A stretch of DNA of 64,000 nucleotides from Nitrosopumilus sp. (GCA_965218785.1 OZ244650.1:1568001-1632000), one strand, 5' to 3'. Positions 42,036-52,594 are shown, counted from the stretch's first letter. A program made the numbers and translations. Notes: generated from the letters alone by a model not told the origin.

Positions 42036-44750
42036 ATGAAAAAATATGCCTTATTTGCCATATCTATGACATTTCTGATCTCTCTTGCCTATTTTGCGCC
42101 TGCATCTCACGCACAGGAAAACCCCAATCTGTATGTTTCAGCAGAAAATACGTCATCTGAGAATCATTTTGCAGGTCCCATGGTAATTGAAGTGATGGTT
42201 GATGATTCTGACATTTCAAGTTTAACTCGTTCCGGACAGGAACCTGACGTGACAATTGACAACAGAAAACTGAGTATGGTTCAAGCAGATGACGGAAAAT
42301 GGTACGGTTATTTTGCAGACAAGACCCAGGCGCAAAAGGCTGATTCACTGGTGGGACTTTTAGGAGACGGTCTGGATTTTGGTAAAATGTGCAGTAGTGA
42401 TTCTTCCATAGCAGGAATGGATTTATCAGATACTTCGGGATTTGCAATTCCAAGGGATATCTCTTCTGGCTCTAATGGTCAGGAAGCATTTGTTACATGT
42501 ACGGGGGAAATCTCATCCTCTGATCAAATCATCAACAATGTCGTACGAGTGGCACCGGCACTTAACACGGAGGCAAGCACCACCGGACAGACAGGTATTG
42601 ACACGAACGCTTGGCCGTTAATACAGCTGTTTGACATTGGACCCAGAGGTGATATAGATATAAAATATAAAAAGACCAGCGGCACCCAACTGGTAAACCT
42701 GAAATTTGATACCGTTGATGAATTTGCCATGATAACACTAGATAAGATGTCATATCGTCCCGGAGCTGATATCAAAATAGATATTTCAGATCTCATATTA
42801 AACATAGATCCTACAGATGAGGATTCTTGGACATGGGCTTCAGCATCAGATGAAGGTGGAATCTATTACCAGTTATTTGATAAAGACGGAACCAACAGTG
42901 CAGACGGAACAGACGGCGCATTTAACATTCAGGTTGAAGGGAATTTAGCAGCCATGATGTTTGACGATAGTGGAAAGTTCATTTTAAACCCAAATCCATA
43001 CAGAGCTACTAACGCCGTCACTATTTTACAGGACAATGATTATACCGTCTTGGAGGACAAGGACACCACAGATGACACAATAGATTTGGGAACAGACACC
43101 ATATCTCATACCCATTATCCAATAACATTTACTGAGACGGCTATCAATTCCGGATTATTTGTAAATTATGACGGAGAAGATACTGCAAACTTGATAGTTA
43201 ACCCAGAGGCAGAATCTGGAGAATCTGCCCTAGTTACCTACAATAAAAAATCCCTCTCCATAATAGTGCAAAGTGGCTCCCCGCCAACTGCATTAGACTA
43301 CTCTAAGGACGTGGACAAAGACACACCCGTATCATTTACAGTAATCAATAATAGCACCGATCCGAACGGCGATATGCTGCAAGTCACAGTTTCTGGCGTA
43401 AATGAACTTGAGGGATCTGCCACAGTAGGCAGCAGCAACAACACGATAACATTTACCCCTATTTCGGGATTTCTTGGTACGAGCACATTTGAATATATGA
43501 TTGACGATCTTATTGACGGAAATGATACCGGAACCATTACAGTAACTACCAAGTCCAGTGCAATCGCAGCATCCATTAATCAAATTACCGTAAATAGTGA
43601 CAAATCCACTTATGACGTGGGTGGGACAATAGATGCAGACTGGGTCATTCCTGATGATTCTTCAGGAACAGATACGACAATTGAGATTATCTCGCCGATT
43701 GGAACTACTCCCATAAGTAATGTACTTACTGAGGGCACGACATATTCGATAAGCGAGACTGGTGATTTTGATGCAGGCATGTATACGATCAGAGTCGAGC
43801 ATGGGCAGTATTATGGTGAAAAATCCGTCACGTTTGCATTACCTGGAGAAACAGACACCCCAACAGATACAGAACAGGTCACGGAGGCCATACCGGACTC
43901 TTGTATGGCTGACTCTAAAATTTCAATTCGTTTGGGCGATACATCATATGCCAAGGGCGACAAAATATCCGTTGTAGTAGAACTTTGTGGTGTTGTTTCT
44001 GATGAATATGTCGCTATACAAATTTTAGAACCTTCCGGCAATCCAATAACTATAGACCAGATTCTACCTAAAACCAGTAATTTTACCAAAGAATATTCCA
44101 CAGATAGCAAACAGTTGAAACCAGATGTGGAATATACCATTAAAAGCACGTATTTGAAAAATACAGCAAAATTAACATTTGAATTAGATCCTCCTTCTTC
44201 TTCTTCTTCTTCTCCTACTACCCCTACTGCTCCTACTACCCCCCAAGAAACTCCAACTGTTGAACCGGTAGAAACCATTGCACAGTTTGTAGATCCCGAT
44301 AAAGATCCACAGCACTATGTTGACAGATACAACAATGAAGAATCATACAAGAAATGGTTCGATACAAACTATGATCAATATGATTCAATTTATGAGGCTG
44401 TTGGAGTAGATGAATCCGCTACACCAAATACGCCGGATCCTAGCAACAACATTCCTACTACTACTCCAGAAACCCCGCCTAGAATCGAATCCAAAGAACA
44501 GACATGTGAGGCAGGAACTGAATTGGTAAATGGAGTATGTCAGGTAGTTGGTACAGACGAGGAACCAACATGCGGTGCTGGGACTGAATTGGTAAATGGA
44601 ATATGTCAGGTAGTTGGTACAAATGAGAAACCGGCATGCGGTGCTGGGACTGAATTGGTAAATGGAATATGTCAGGTAGTTGGTACAGATGAGGAAGGCT
44701 CGTTTTTTGAAAATATTTTCGGATTTTTCAAAACATTGTTTGATAGATAA
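42036..44750 (+). CDS. Large surface protein: S-layer-protein-like N-terminus, Ig/cadherin-like domains, Ser/Pro/Thr linker, Cys-pair repeats
   Basis: Signal peptide; NLYVSAEN...GPMVIEV...EPDVT...MVQADDGKWYGYFAD resembles the Nitrosopumilus S-layer protein N-terminus; amphipathic C-terminus FFENIFGFFKTLF. Confidence 0.8.
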   Translation: MKKYALFAISMTFLISLAYFAPASHAQENPNLYVSAENTSSENHFAGPMVIEVMVDDSDISSLTRSGQEPDVTIDNRKLSMVQADDGKWYGYFADKTQAQKADSLVGLLGDGLDFGKMCSSDSSIAGMDLSDTSGFAIPRDISSGSNGQEAFVTCTGEISSSDQIINNVVRVAPALNTEASTTGQTGIDTNAWPLIQLFDIGPRGDIDIKYKKTSGTQLVNLKFDTVDEFAMITLDKMSYRPGADIKIDISDLILNIDPTDEDSWTWASASDEGGIYYQLFDKDGTNSADGTDGAFNIQVEGNLAAMMFDDSGKFILNPNPYRATNAVTILQDNDYTVLEDKDTTDDTIDLGTDTISHTHYPITFTETAINSGLFVNYDGEDTANLIVNPEAESGESALVTYNKKSLSIIVQSGSPPTALDYSKDVDKDTPVSFTVINNSTDPNGDMLQVTVSGVNELEGSATVGSSNNTITFTPISGFLGTSTFEYMIDDLIDGNDTGTITVTTKSSAIAASINQITVNSDKSTYDVGGTIDADWVIPDDSSGTDTTIEIISPIGTTPISNVLTEGTTYSISETGDFDAGMYTIRVEHGQYYGEKSVTFALPGETDTPTDTEQVTEAIPDSCMADSKISIRLGDTSYAKGDKISVVVELCGVVSDEYVAIQILEPSGNPITIDQILPKTSNFTKEYSTDSKQLKPDVEYTIKSTYLKNTAKLTFELDPPSSSSSSPTTPTAPTTPQETPTVEPVETIAQFVDPDKDPQHYVDRYNNEESYKKWFDTNYDQYDSIYEAVGVDESATPNTPDPSNNIPTTTPETPPRIESKEQTCEAGTELVNGVCQVVGTDEEPTCGAGTELVNGICQVVGTNEKPACGAGTELVNGICQVVGTDEEGSFFENIFGFFKTLFDR
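44503..44697. repeat. 66-bp coding repeat x3 (CxAGTELVNGxCQVVGT)
   Basis: ACTGAATTGGTAAATGGA.TATGTCAGGTAGTTGGTACA three times. Confidence 0.9.
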
Positions 44751-44867
44751 TCTGCAATTCATTTAATTTGCATACCGGACTAATCCCAGCCAAATAACCC
44801 GGGTTTGATGGGGCAAAAAACAGCATACCTGTGATCGTGATATCATGATTTGGGCTGATCTAATGTG

Positions 44868-44981
44868 TGCCGGGGGCGAGTTTCGAACTCGCGACCTCCA
44901 GATTATGAGTATTGCCTTAGTTGGAGAACCGCTAGAGTTTACCAATGAACTGGCACTCTAACCAGGCTGAGCTACCCCGGC
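44868..44981 (-). tRNA. tRNA-Met(CAT), elongator type, with a 39-nt intron at 30/31 (intron 44911-44949)
   Basis: GCCGGGG/CCCCGGC acceptor stem, GCGAG-TTCGAAA-CTCGC T arm, CCAG^A-CTCATAA-TCTGG anticodon arm after splicing; 75-nt mature tRNA. Confidence 0.92.
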
Positions 44982-45026
44982 ATGTATATGCCTAAAAAAT
45001 TTGGGAAATTAAATGATTCTAAAACA

Positions 45027-46703
45027 CTACGCCTGTTTGATATTTTTCCACGCAATATTTTCGCTCTTGACCCAGAGGAACTTTTTTTGCAAGGCAGACG
45101 TATACAATTTCTCCCATTCTGCACCCATTTCATCAGTCCATGCCTTGAGAACACGCGGATCTATGTAATTTCTCAGAGATGTTCCAAGATTATAGTCTCT
45201 GGTTTTTTCAGACAGGTCTATTTGTAACTTTAATTTCTCCACCCTGTCTTCGTGTCTTTGCTTTTGGTTTTTGATCTGTATATTTAATTTCTTAATTCTC
45301 TTGATCTTGTTTTTCTTTTGAGTGGCAGTTTTAGGCTTGGATGACTGGGCTTTTTTGAGGGCATCCCGGGATTTCTTTGAGGGATCCTCGCCTCGAATCC
45401 TTTTGAGGGTGACCCGCTTTTTTTCCAATGACTGCTCAAATGTCTTTGGAATGGTTCTCTTGTGATTGCACATTTTAGCCGCTTCGAGGTTTGCCATTTT
45501 TGCATGATATAGTTTCTCATTTGCGCTCTTTTCTTTCACGTTATCATGTTTTGCAAGATGGCCCTTGACAACAGTTGTTGCCAAGTATGTTCTAAAGACT
45601 TTGGCAGTCAGTTCCTTTACAATGCCTGAATAATATGCATTAACATGTCTTGATGTAATGTTGTCAAAAATCTCGTCTCTTGGTTTTTTCTTTTCTACAA
45701 GTCTTTTGAGGTTCTCCTGAAATTGTTTATCATGACCCTGCGCTATCATTGTTTCCTTCCATCTGACGCTGTCTTTTCCTAGAAAATCAAACTCTATTGT
45801 ATCGGCGGTAATTTTGATGTGTTCCTTTCGCAAAGTTGTAGCACCTACTGTATCTGCCTCATCCGGATCTTTTTCGTCCCCCACCCTCATCGCAGTCCTA
45901 TAAATCAAATAACACACAGTGGAGATTCTGCTGATTTTTTGATCCTTGCTTTTCATGTCTTTTACAATCCTGTCTTTTATCTTCTCAATTTCGTTTGCAA
46001 GTTTCACTGCCTTTTCGTACTTTGCCTTGTCCCTGTCTTGCTTTAGCCCCGCCGTATCTGCCAGCCAGACATACTTTCTTTTCTGGGTTAGAAAATCCAT
46101 CCAGCTTGCAAGCCACATCGAATCACCGTCATAGATTATCTTGCCCCATTTGCCTTCAGGTGTCTTTGCATTTTTTCCAAGGTTTAGTGTTACATCTTTT
46201 GCAGTGACCCGTGGCTTCCATTTTCCTCTTAGTGGGTGCTCCCCCCTGCCAATGAAGATTCCAGGAGGCTCTGCCATATAGTTTCCAACCTCAACTTTTT
46301 CTCCATCCATGATGGCAATTCCGTATTTGCTCTTTAGATCTTCTCGTATCTTTTTTCTATCTACAGCAAGTGATTTTTTTGCTTCTTTGCTCATCATATC
46401 CTTGCGGTCCTTTTCCTTGTCAACTATTTTGTAGGCGTTTGAAAAATCAATATCCCCATATGAGATCTTTTTGAATTTTGAATCTAGGGTTTTGGCAAAA
46501 TCCGCTGTAAAGTTTTTTTGAAAAACTTTGTCTTTGGCATATATAGTATCCTTCTTTTTTGCCCACTGATAGACCATCTCCTCCTGATTTAGATCAAGAC
46601 TGACGCCTTCTCCCTTGATCTTTATCTTGATCCCCCGAGTCTCATATGCAGGTGGAAATAAGATTCCGTTGTGTTGTAATTTTTTCCATGTCATTTTTTT
46701 CAC
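45027..46703 (-). CDS. DNA topoisomerase IB (eukaryote-like, thaumarchaeal)
   Basis: WKKLQHNG, EPPGIFIGRGEHP, MRVGDEK, FLGKD, KVFRT, CNH, catalytic SLRNYIDP. Confidence 0.93.
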   Translation of the reverse strand: MKKMTWKKLQHNGILFPPAYETRGIKIKIKGEGVSLDLNQEEMVYQWAKKKDTIYAKDKVFQKNFTADFAKTLDSKFKKISYGDIDFSNAYKIVDKEKDRKDMMSKEAKKSLAVDRKKIREDLKSKYGIAIMDGEKVEVGNYMAEPPGIFIGRGEHPLRGKWKPRVTAKDVTLNLGKNAKTPEGKWGKIIYDGDSMWLASWMDFLTQKRKYVWLADTAGLKQDRDKAKYEKAVKLANEIEKIKDRIVKDMKSKDQKISRISTVCYLIYRTAMRVGDEKDPDEADTVGATTLRKEHIKITADTIEFDFLGKDSVRWKETMIAQGHDKQFQENLKRLVEKKKPRDEIFDNITSRHVNAYYSGIVKELTAKVFRTYLATTVVKGHLAKHDNVKEKSANEKLYHAKMANLEAAKMCNHKRTIPKTFEQSLEKKRVTLKRIRGEDPSKKSRDALKKAQSSKPKTATQKKNKIKRIKKLNIQIKNQKQRHEDRVEKLKLQIDLSEKTRDYNLGTSLRNYIDPRVLKAWTDEMGAEWEKLYTSALQKKFLWVKSENIAWKNIKQA

Positions 46704-46768
46704 TTTAAAATTGAATTTTGATAAAACTGGATTCTATGCGTATATCAATTTAACGTAAGGGTGCAAAG

Positions 46769-47599
46769 TCAGCCAGGAAACAGCTCCTTACTCATGTATT
46801 TCTCAAATTCCACGTCTGTTTTCATCTTTTTTGCTTCCAAAAACATGGCCGCATCAGTTCCCACGGTATATCTGGTCAAAATCTCATCATCATGGATTGC
46901 CTTGATTACGGCATCTGCCACTTGGGATGGCGCAGTGCCCATCTCGGCCATCATTTTAAGACCTGTAAGAATATGATCCGTCAATTTCTTGTATTTGGGA
47001 TCAGTTTTAGGCTCAGAGATTTTTATTGAATTAAAAAAGTTTGTCTTGACTACTCCGGGTTCGATTAGCGTGGTTTTGATTCCAAACTGGCCAAGCTCAT
47101 ATCTTAAACATTCGCTTAGTCCTTCTAGGGCAAATTTTGTGCTGATATACGCCGAGGAGCCTGGTAGGCCCATTCTCCCGACAACTGAACTGATGTTTAC
47201 TATGATTCCTGAATTCTGGCTTCTCATGATTGGCGCAGCTTCCTGAATGATTCTTACAATGCCAAAAAAGTTGGTTTCAAACTGTTTTCTAAAATCATCA
47301 ATTGAGACGTCCTCTGTACATCCAAACTCCATGTATCCTGCGTTATTTACCAAAACATCCAGTCTTTGAGCATCAGAAACCACTTTTTTGACTCCTGCAA
47401 CTATTGATTCCTCCTTGTCCACATCCAATTCCATTATCTCAATTGGAAGACTCTCTTTTTTTGCCGCATGTTCTAATTCCACGGCTTTGCTGAGATCCCT
47501 CATGCTTGCAAAAGTATGATAACCGTCTCTTGCCAGCGCTAGTGCCGTTTCCAATCCTATTCCAGACGAGCTGCCCGTAACAAGAGCTACTTTTTCCAT
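46769..47599 (-). CDS. Short-chain dehydrogenase/reductase
   Basis: TGSSSGIG, NNAG, YISTK. Confidence 0.9.
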   Translation of the reverse strand: MEKVALVTGSSSGIGLETALALARDGYHTFASMRDLSKAVELEHAAKKESLPIEIMELDVDKEESIVAGVKKVVSDAQRLDVLVNNAGYMEFGCTEDVSIDDFRKQFETNFFGIVRIIQEAAPIMRSQNSGIIVNISSVVGRMGLPGSSAYISTKFALEGLSECLRYELGQFGIKTTLIEPGVVKTNFFNSIKISEPKTDPKYKKLTDHILTGLKMMAEMGTAPSQVADAVIKAIHDDEILTRYTVGTDAAMFLEAKKMKTDVEFEKYMSKELFPG

Positions 47600-47641
47600 G
47601 ATTGTGCTGGATTTTTACCATATTTATCCCATCTTGCCTAT

Positions 47642-50152
47642 CTATACTAGGGGTCTGTCCCCTTCAGCGGGATCAACTAACTCTGTTTTTTCACCGTTGT
47701 TGATTCTCTCTAAAATCTCCAATGCAGAATGTTTGTGTAAATACTCGTTGTTGTTTCCACATCGGTACGAAAATGTGCATCTCGGACATCCGGATTCATT
47801 TTGACACGGACACTCCCTTACAATATGCATGCTTCGCTCAAGTGCCTTTTCGAACCTGTCATACAATGCCTTGCTTGCACCGCTTCCCCCTATTGCGCCA
47901 TCATAAATGAAGATCAGACCCGAAGTACCCAGTGATATTCCCCCCAGATCCCGGGATACCCCTCCCGTAATCATGTTACTTCCTTCAATTACAACATGTT
48001 CTGTTGCATGATATCCGCTGGCCTCAGCATATTGCTCATCTTCTGCATCCCCGATAACCTTGAGCGGTCTTGGCGCGTGAAAGACGATTCCCTTTGTAAT
48101 AAAATCATATTCCAAGGGGGTATCTAGCATCACCTTTTGCCCCTGAGTGATATCCTGTCCTAGTTCTATGTTGATGTAACCGTAAACCTTCTTCTCTATG
48201 TGTAATTTACAGAATGCGACCTGCACACCGTTTGCCCTTCTTCGCTCAAAGACTGTCTCAATTGTCGGCCATTCTTCTGTAAGTGATTTCGTGTAATATG
48301 GATAGTCTCTTGGAATTCTTTCTAGTTTTGCATGATTTTTTTCTGGATAATCAAACTCTTTTACCTTATAGCGAATACCTGCCAAAAAATAGATGGCATC
48401 CTTGTGTAACTCCTCTAATGCAATCGGCAGCACCCTGTCACCCACCTTTTTCCCACCTAAGAAAATATCAATTGATTTGCCAATACCGCGAATACTATAG
48501 TCATTTAGCATGGAATTTATTTTATCAAGGTTTGGAATAATCCTATTGTTGAATTCCTTGAGATTCCCCTGGAGTATGTGTCCTTTGATGACTTGTTGAT
48601 GTTCTTTTAATTCGTGTTTTGAGATTGGTCTGTCGTATGCCATTGCCAATATCTGAAATTCCTCAACAAACGGATTCCTTGGGTCGATGTATGTTTTTTC
48701 AACATCTTCAAAGTAATCATCGGGATGGTTCTTGTAGTATTGGGAGATGGGGTCATTTCCCAACACCAAAAACGCATATCCCCTCTGCCCCTTTCTTGCA
48801 GCCCTGCCGATTCTTTGAATCAGCCTGTTTACAGGAATGGTAGATGATATGACACAGTCAACATTTCCCACATCTATGCCCAGTTCAAGCGTGGGAGTAC
48901 ACGAAATTGCCTGTAAATCATCATTTTTGAACTGTCTTTCTACGGATGTTCTGTAATTTGCCATCAGTCCCGCCCTGTGAACCTTGATGTCAACTTTATG
49001 TTTTTTTGCCTGAATCGCTAACAACTCGGAATTCAGATGGGAGTTGTTAAACACCATTGTCTTGTGGTTTTTTTGGGTCAGCTTCTTTGTCAGCTCCACC
49101 ATCAAGGCCCTTTGTGTCCGAAGCGATGGAAACAGCATCGCAAAATCCGTCTTGCCTTTTTTACCGGATCCCCGGATTTGTTGCATTTTTTCCCCAAACA
49201 ACTGCCTACAGAACTCTTTTGAATCATCTAGCGTGGCAGATGCTGCCACAAACTGTAATTTGTTGCTACAGATTCTTTTGAGTCTTTTTATGATGTAATG
49301 TACGTTGGAGCCGAAAATTCCCGAATAGACATGAGCCTCGTCAGTCACAAGAATTCTAGTTGATGCAAGCAGTGATGAAAATTTTGTCTGATGCCACATG
49401 TGATAATGTAAAATATCAAAATTCGTAACTAGTATGTGCGGGGGATTGTCAGTTATCTTTGTTCTATCTGCCAGATTTGTATCCCCGTCAAACACACCTA
49501 CTTTGATTCCAGCCGCATCTGCAAACTTTTGGATTTTCGGATACTGGTCTCTGGATAATGCCTTTGTCGGATATACAAAGATCGCAAAGACGTTTCCATC
49601 ACTTGCCTCCTTTTTTATTTTCTGAACCACCGGAATCAAAAATGCCTCTGTCTTTCCAGATGCAGTCGGCGCTTCAATTACGATGTTTTCTCCAAATAAT
49701 ATCTCCTGAATTGATTCCTCCTGAAACTTGTAAAATTGATTTATCTTTAATTCCTTGAGATGCCCGGTAATTGATTCATCCAATCCCAAATCCTCCACTT
49801 TACAGCCCTTTTCAGGCTCTGGATTGCTCAAAACCTTGTATTGCGAGATATAGTCTTTTCTTGAAAACAGGATTTCCTCTGTAATCTTATCTGGGTTGTT
49901 ATCCCCGATCATTTGTCTTATTTCAGCTTCTTCTCGGACTATTCCACCGTCTTTTAGGCTATCAGATAATCCTTTTTCTGAGACCATGCCCCGATCAAAT
50001 CTTGAAAGAAACTCCAGAAACACCTCATCGATATTTTTTGAGAATTCCAGCAGATCCTCGATGCCGCATTTTTCACACGAGACATGCATTTTTTTGTTGA
50101 ATGTCTTTTGAATTTCTACTTTTGACTTGCATTTTGGACATGAAAATTTCAA
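47642..50152 (-). CDS. SF2 DEAD/DEAH helicase with C-terminal DUF1998 (Hrq1/MrfA-like)
   Basis: N-terminal zinc ribbon, PTASGKT, DEAH, SAT, QRIGRAAR, CPC...GCPRC. Confidence 0.9.
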   Translation of the reverse strand: MKFSCPKCKSKVEIQKTFNKKMHVSCEKCGIEDLLEFSKNIDEVFLEFLSRFDRGMVSEKGLSDSLKDGGIVREEAEIRQMIGDNNPDKITEEILFSRKDYISQYKVLSNPEPEKGCKVEDLGLDESITGHLKELKINQFYKFQEESIQEILFGENIVIEAPTASGKTEAFLIPVVQKIKKEASDGNVFAIFVYPTKALSRDQYPKIQKFADAAGIKVGVFDGDTNLADRTKITDNPPHILVTNFDILHYHMWHQTKFSSLLASTRILVTDEAHVYSGIFGSNVHYIIKRLKRICSNKLQFVAASATLDDSKEFCRQLFGEKMQQIRGSGKKGKTDFAMLFPSLRTQRALMVELTKKLTQKNHKTMVFNNSHLNSELLAIQAKKHKVDIKVHRAGLMANYRTSVERQFKNDDLQAISCTPTLELGIDVGNVDCVISSTIPVNRLIQRIGRAARKGQRGYAFLVLGNDPISQYYKNHPDDYFEDVEKTYIDPRNPFVEEFQILAMAYDRPISKHELKEHQQVIKGHILQGNLKEFNNRIIPNLDKINSMLNDYSIRGIGKSIDIFLGGKKVGDRVLPIALEELHKDAIYFLAGIRYKVKEFDYPEKNHAKLERIPRDYPYYTKSLTEEWPTIETVFERRRANGVQVAFCKLHIEKKVYGYINIELGQDITQGQKVMLDTPLEYDFITKGIVFHAPRPLKVIGDAEDEQYAEASGYHATEHVVIEGSNMITGGVSRDLGGISLGTSGLIFIYDGAIGGSGASKALYDRFEKALERSMHIVRECPCQNESGCPRCTFSYRCGNNNEYLHKHSALEILERINNGEKTELVDPAEGDRPLV

Positions 50153-50245
50153 GATCTATTTGTAGGGATATGGCTGGGGATTTATTGTTTAATCATCGCC
50201 ACAAACAGTGGATTATTATGCCAGAAAACAGTCCTGAATCTAAAA

Positions 50246-51022
50246 ATGAAAAAAATTGATCTCAACAAAATCTATAACATGGATTGCATAAAAGGAATGA
50301 GTTCGATTCCTGAAGATAAAATTGATCTTGTGATTACTGATCCCCCATTTGCAATAAATTTCAAGGCAAAAAAGGCAAATTACAACAGGACCTCATCAAG
50401 GGTGCTGACAGGATACAACGAAATCAGGCCCGAGGAATACCATGAATTTACATCTGCATGGATGAAGCAGGTTTTTCGGATTCTAAAGGATTCGGGGAGC
50501 ATGTATGTTTTTTCAGGATGGAATAATCTCAAGGATATCCTACAGGCATTAGATGATGCTGGATTTGTCACCATCAATCATATTATTTGGAAATACCAGT
50601 TCGGTGTTGTCACCAAAAAGAAATTCGTCACATCCCACTATCACTGTCTTTATGTGTGCAAAAATGATAAAAAGCGGAAATTCTTTTCGTTTTCCAGATT
50701 CAAAAAGGATGAAAAGACAGCAGATGGAAGGAGCCTTCATTACAGGGACAAGGAAGATGTGTGGGATATCAAACGTGAATACTGGACAGGGGACCAAAAG
50801 ACTCCGACGAAGCTTCCCCTCGAACTGGTTAAAAAATTGCTGGAATACTCTAGTGAAAAAAATGACATCGTGCTTGATCCATTTCTTGGCTCGGGACAGG
50901 TTGCAGTAGTGAGCAAATCCCTTGGAAGGAAATTTCTCGGATTTGAGATTGTTCCCAAATATTATGAATTTGCTAAAGAGCGGCTGGATAAAAACATGTA
51001 CAGAATCAAGGAATCAAAATAA
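50246..51022 (+). CDS. Orphan N4-C/N6-A DNA methyltransferase (beta class)
   Basis: TDPPF catalytic motif precedes PTKLP and DPFLGSG SAM motif; no cognate nuclease nearby. Confidence 0.88.
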   Translation: MKKIDLNKIYNMDCIKGMSSIPEDKIDLVITDPPFAINFKAKKANYNRTSSRVLTGYNEIRPEEYHEFTSAWMKQVFRILKDSGSMYVFSGWNNLKDILQALDDAGFVTINHIIWKYQFGVVTKKKFVTSHYHCLYVCKNDKKRKFFSFSRFKKDEKTADGRSLHYRDKEDVWDIKREYWTGDQKTPTKLPLELVKKLLEYSSEKNDIVLDPFLGSGQVAVVSKSLGRKFLGFEIVPKYYEFAKERLDKNMYRIKESK

Positions 51023-51023
51023 C

Positions 51024-51371
51024 TTATTGGTTTTTTTCTGACGGGTCGGCTCTTTTCTTGCCTATTTTTTCAGATATGATCTGCCGAAGCTCATCGTCTG
51101 TTTTATCTTCAGTCTTTACGCCGACGGATTTGGCAATTGTCTCTAATTTTTTTCGCTCTGTTTCTACGGGACCTGAAATTCTGGGTGATTCTTCTGATGC
51201 CTCTTTTACCTGATCCTGAATCTCGTTTTTTGCCTTGTTGTACTCATTAACGGCTTTTCCAAGTTTCTTTGCAACACCGGGAAGCTTGCCAGTACCTAAA
51301 ATCAATACTAGTGCGACAAAAATAATAATCATCCATTCGCTTCCGGCTATGTTTAATGAATAATCAGGCAT
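51024..51371 (-). CDS. tatA: Twin-arginine translocase TatA/TatE subunit
   Basis: GSEWMIIIFVALVLILGTGKLPGVAKKLGKAVNEY. Confidence 0.88.
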   Translation of the reverse strand: MPDYSLNIAGSEWMIIIFVALVLILGTGKLPGVAKKLGKAVNEYNKAKNEIQDQVKEASEESPRISGPVETERKKLETIAKSVGVKTEDKTDDELRQIISEKIGKKRADPSEKNQ

Positions 51372-51739
51372 GCTTTGGAATACCTCAAATTGAAATTAAA
51401 CGTAATGTTTTCTGGTTTTACGCACAAATAATCAACTCATCTCCGAATACATGCCTCAATGTGTGATGTGACGTATCAGGTTTCAGAGTATTTTAGAACT
51501 TGATTCTGTCTAGATGTTGAAAAGTATCTGAATAGTAGATGGACATCTCTCTAAATGAGAGGGTTCTCGCATGTTTTTGCATCAGTCATGGTGTTTTACC
51601 TTCCCCCCGTCATAAGAGGGATTACCCCTCAGCTCACTCCTCTTTTTCATAATTGTTTGGGAGCGGTTCAATCTGGAAGATCCACGTTTATCCCTAGAAG
51701 ATGTTACAGAACCTCCATATCAAAGAATAATATATGAAT

Positions 51740-52168
51740 AATGCCTTAGTAACAACAAGGTAAAGGAGAGCCTATCAGTAATCTGTGTAAATGGTCTCGC
51801 TGAAATGACTTTGGTCGTTTCACCTTTCCTCCATTATTTCCACTTTGACATACTAGGAACAACCAAATCACGATAAATTGAATCAGATGTACGTTCCCAT
51901 AATGGGTCTATTTGTTCATATCTGTTGTTTTTTTCTTTTTCATGATGCTGCCATACAGAGCGTGCAATAAAATCAGCACTGTATTCCCGGACAGTTCTGA
52001 AGTACAAAACTGAATGGCATTGAGTATGTTTTCCAATTTGTCATTTTTCGAAGGTTGATATAGAAAACCAGTAATATTGGTACCATGTTTTTTAAACGCC
52101 TGAATCATCCCCCGTAGTTTGATGTCGTTCTTATATTCTTCTTCATCAAAAACAACCATGCCAATCAT
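51740..52168 (-). pseudogene. Degraded hypothetical gene
   Basis: 86-aa ORF whose protein-like sequence seems to continue in a shifted frame (EQIDPLWERTSDSIYRDLVVPSMSKWK*). Confidence 0.3.
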
Positions 52169-52306
52169 ATTGTGTCGAGTAAGATGTTTTACCTCCCAAC
52201 TTGTTCAAAAAGTGTATGTATCCGAGTGTTCTCATTCTAGCGGCCCCCCCCCCCACCAATACATCTATATCTGCAAACTATCAATTGATCAATTCGGAGA
52301 TGTCAT

Positions 52307-52594
52307 GTGTTGAATTCTAAAAATCTAAAGAATGTCTATTTCATGGTTAGATGCACCAAGACCAAGCACACAAACTGCGTGTCTATGCGTAATGCAACAA
52401 TGAAGTCATCAAAAAAAATCCTGCAAGCATATACAACAGGTATTGAATTTGAAGGAACCAGATATTGTTTAACTGGAAAAGCACTAGTACAAGAAAATAA
52501 AGTCAAAGATTTTGTCGATGACTTGTGGAAAATTAAATCAAACGCTGCAAATCCAATTGGAATAAAGAATCTAAGGGTTCTGATTAGCCAATAA
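52307..52594 (+). CDS. Small basic hypothetical protein (possibly ferredoxin-like/Lrp RAM-type fold)
   Basis: 95-aa ORF with an alternating beta/alpha pattern. Confidence 0.45.
   Translation: MLNSKNLKNVYFMVRCTKTKHTNCVSMRNATMKSSKKILQAYTTGIEFEGTRYCLTGKALVQENKVKDFVDDLWKIKSNAANPIGIKNLRVLISQ

Noticed and set aside
40878-44867. Integrated element at tRNA-Met
   Set aside because: No integrase and no duplicated tRNA 3' end (att site) seen in the window.
44868-44981. tRNA-Ile2(CAT), initiator Met, or a canonical 37/38 intron using the first TTCAT
   Set aside because: The GCCGGGG acceptor stem fits elongator Met; only the 30/31 splice gives a full anticodon stem and a BHB.
47642-51022. DUF1998 helicase plus methyltransferase as DISARM
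   Set aside because: Single fused Hrq1/MrfA-like helicase, divergent orientation, and no drmC/drmD/drmE partners.
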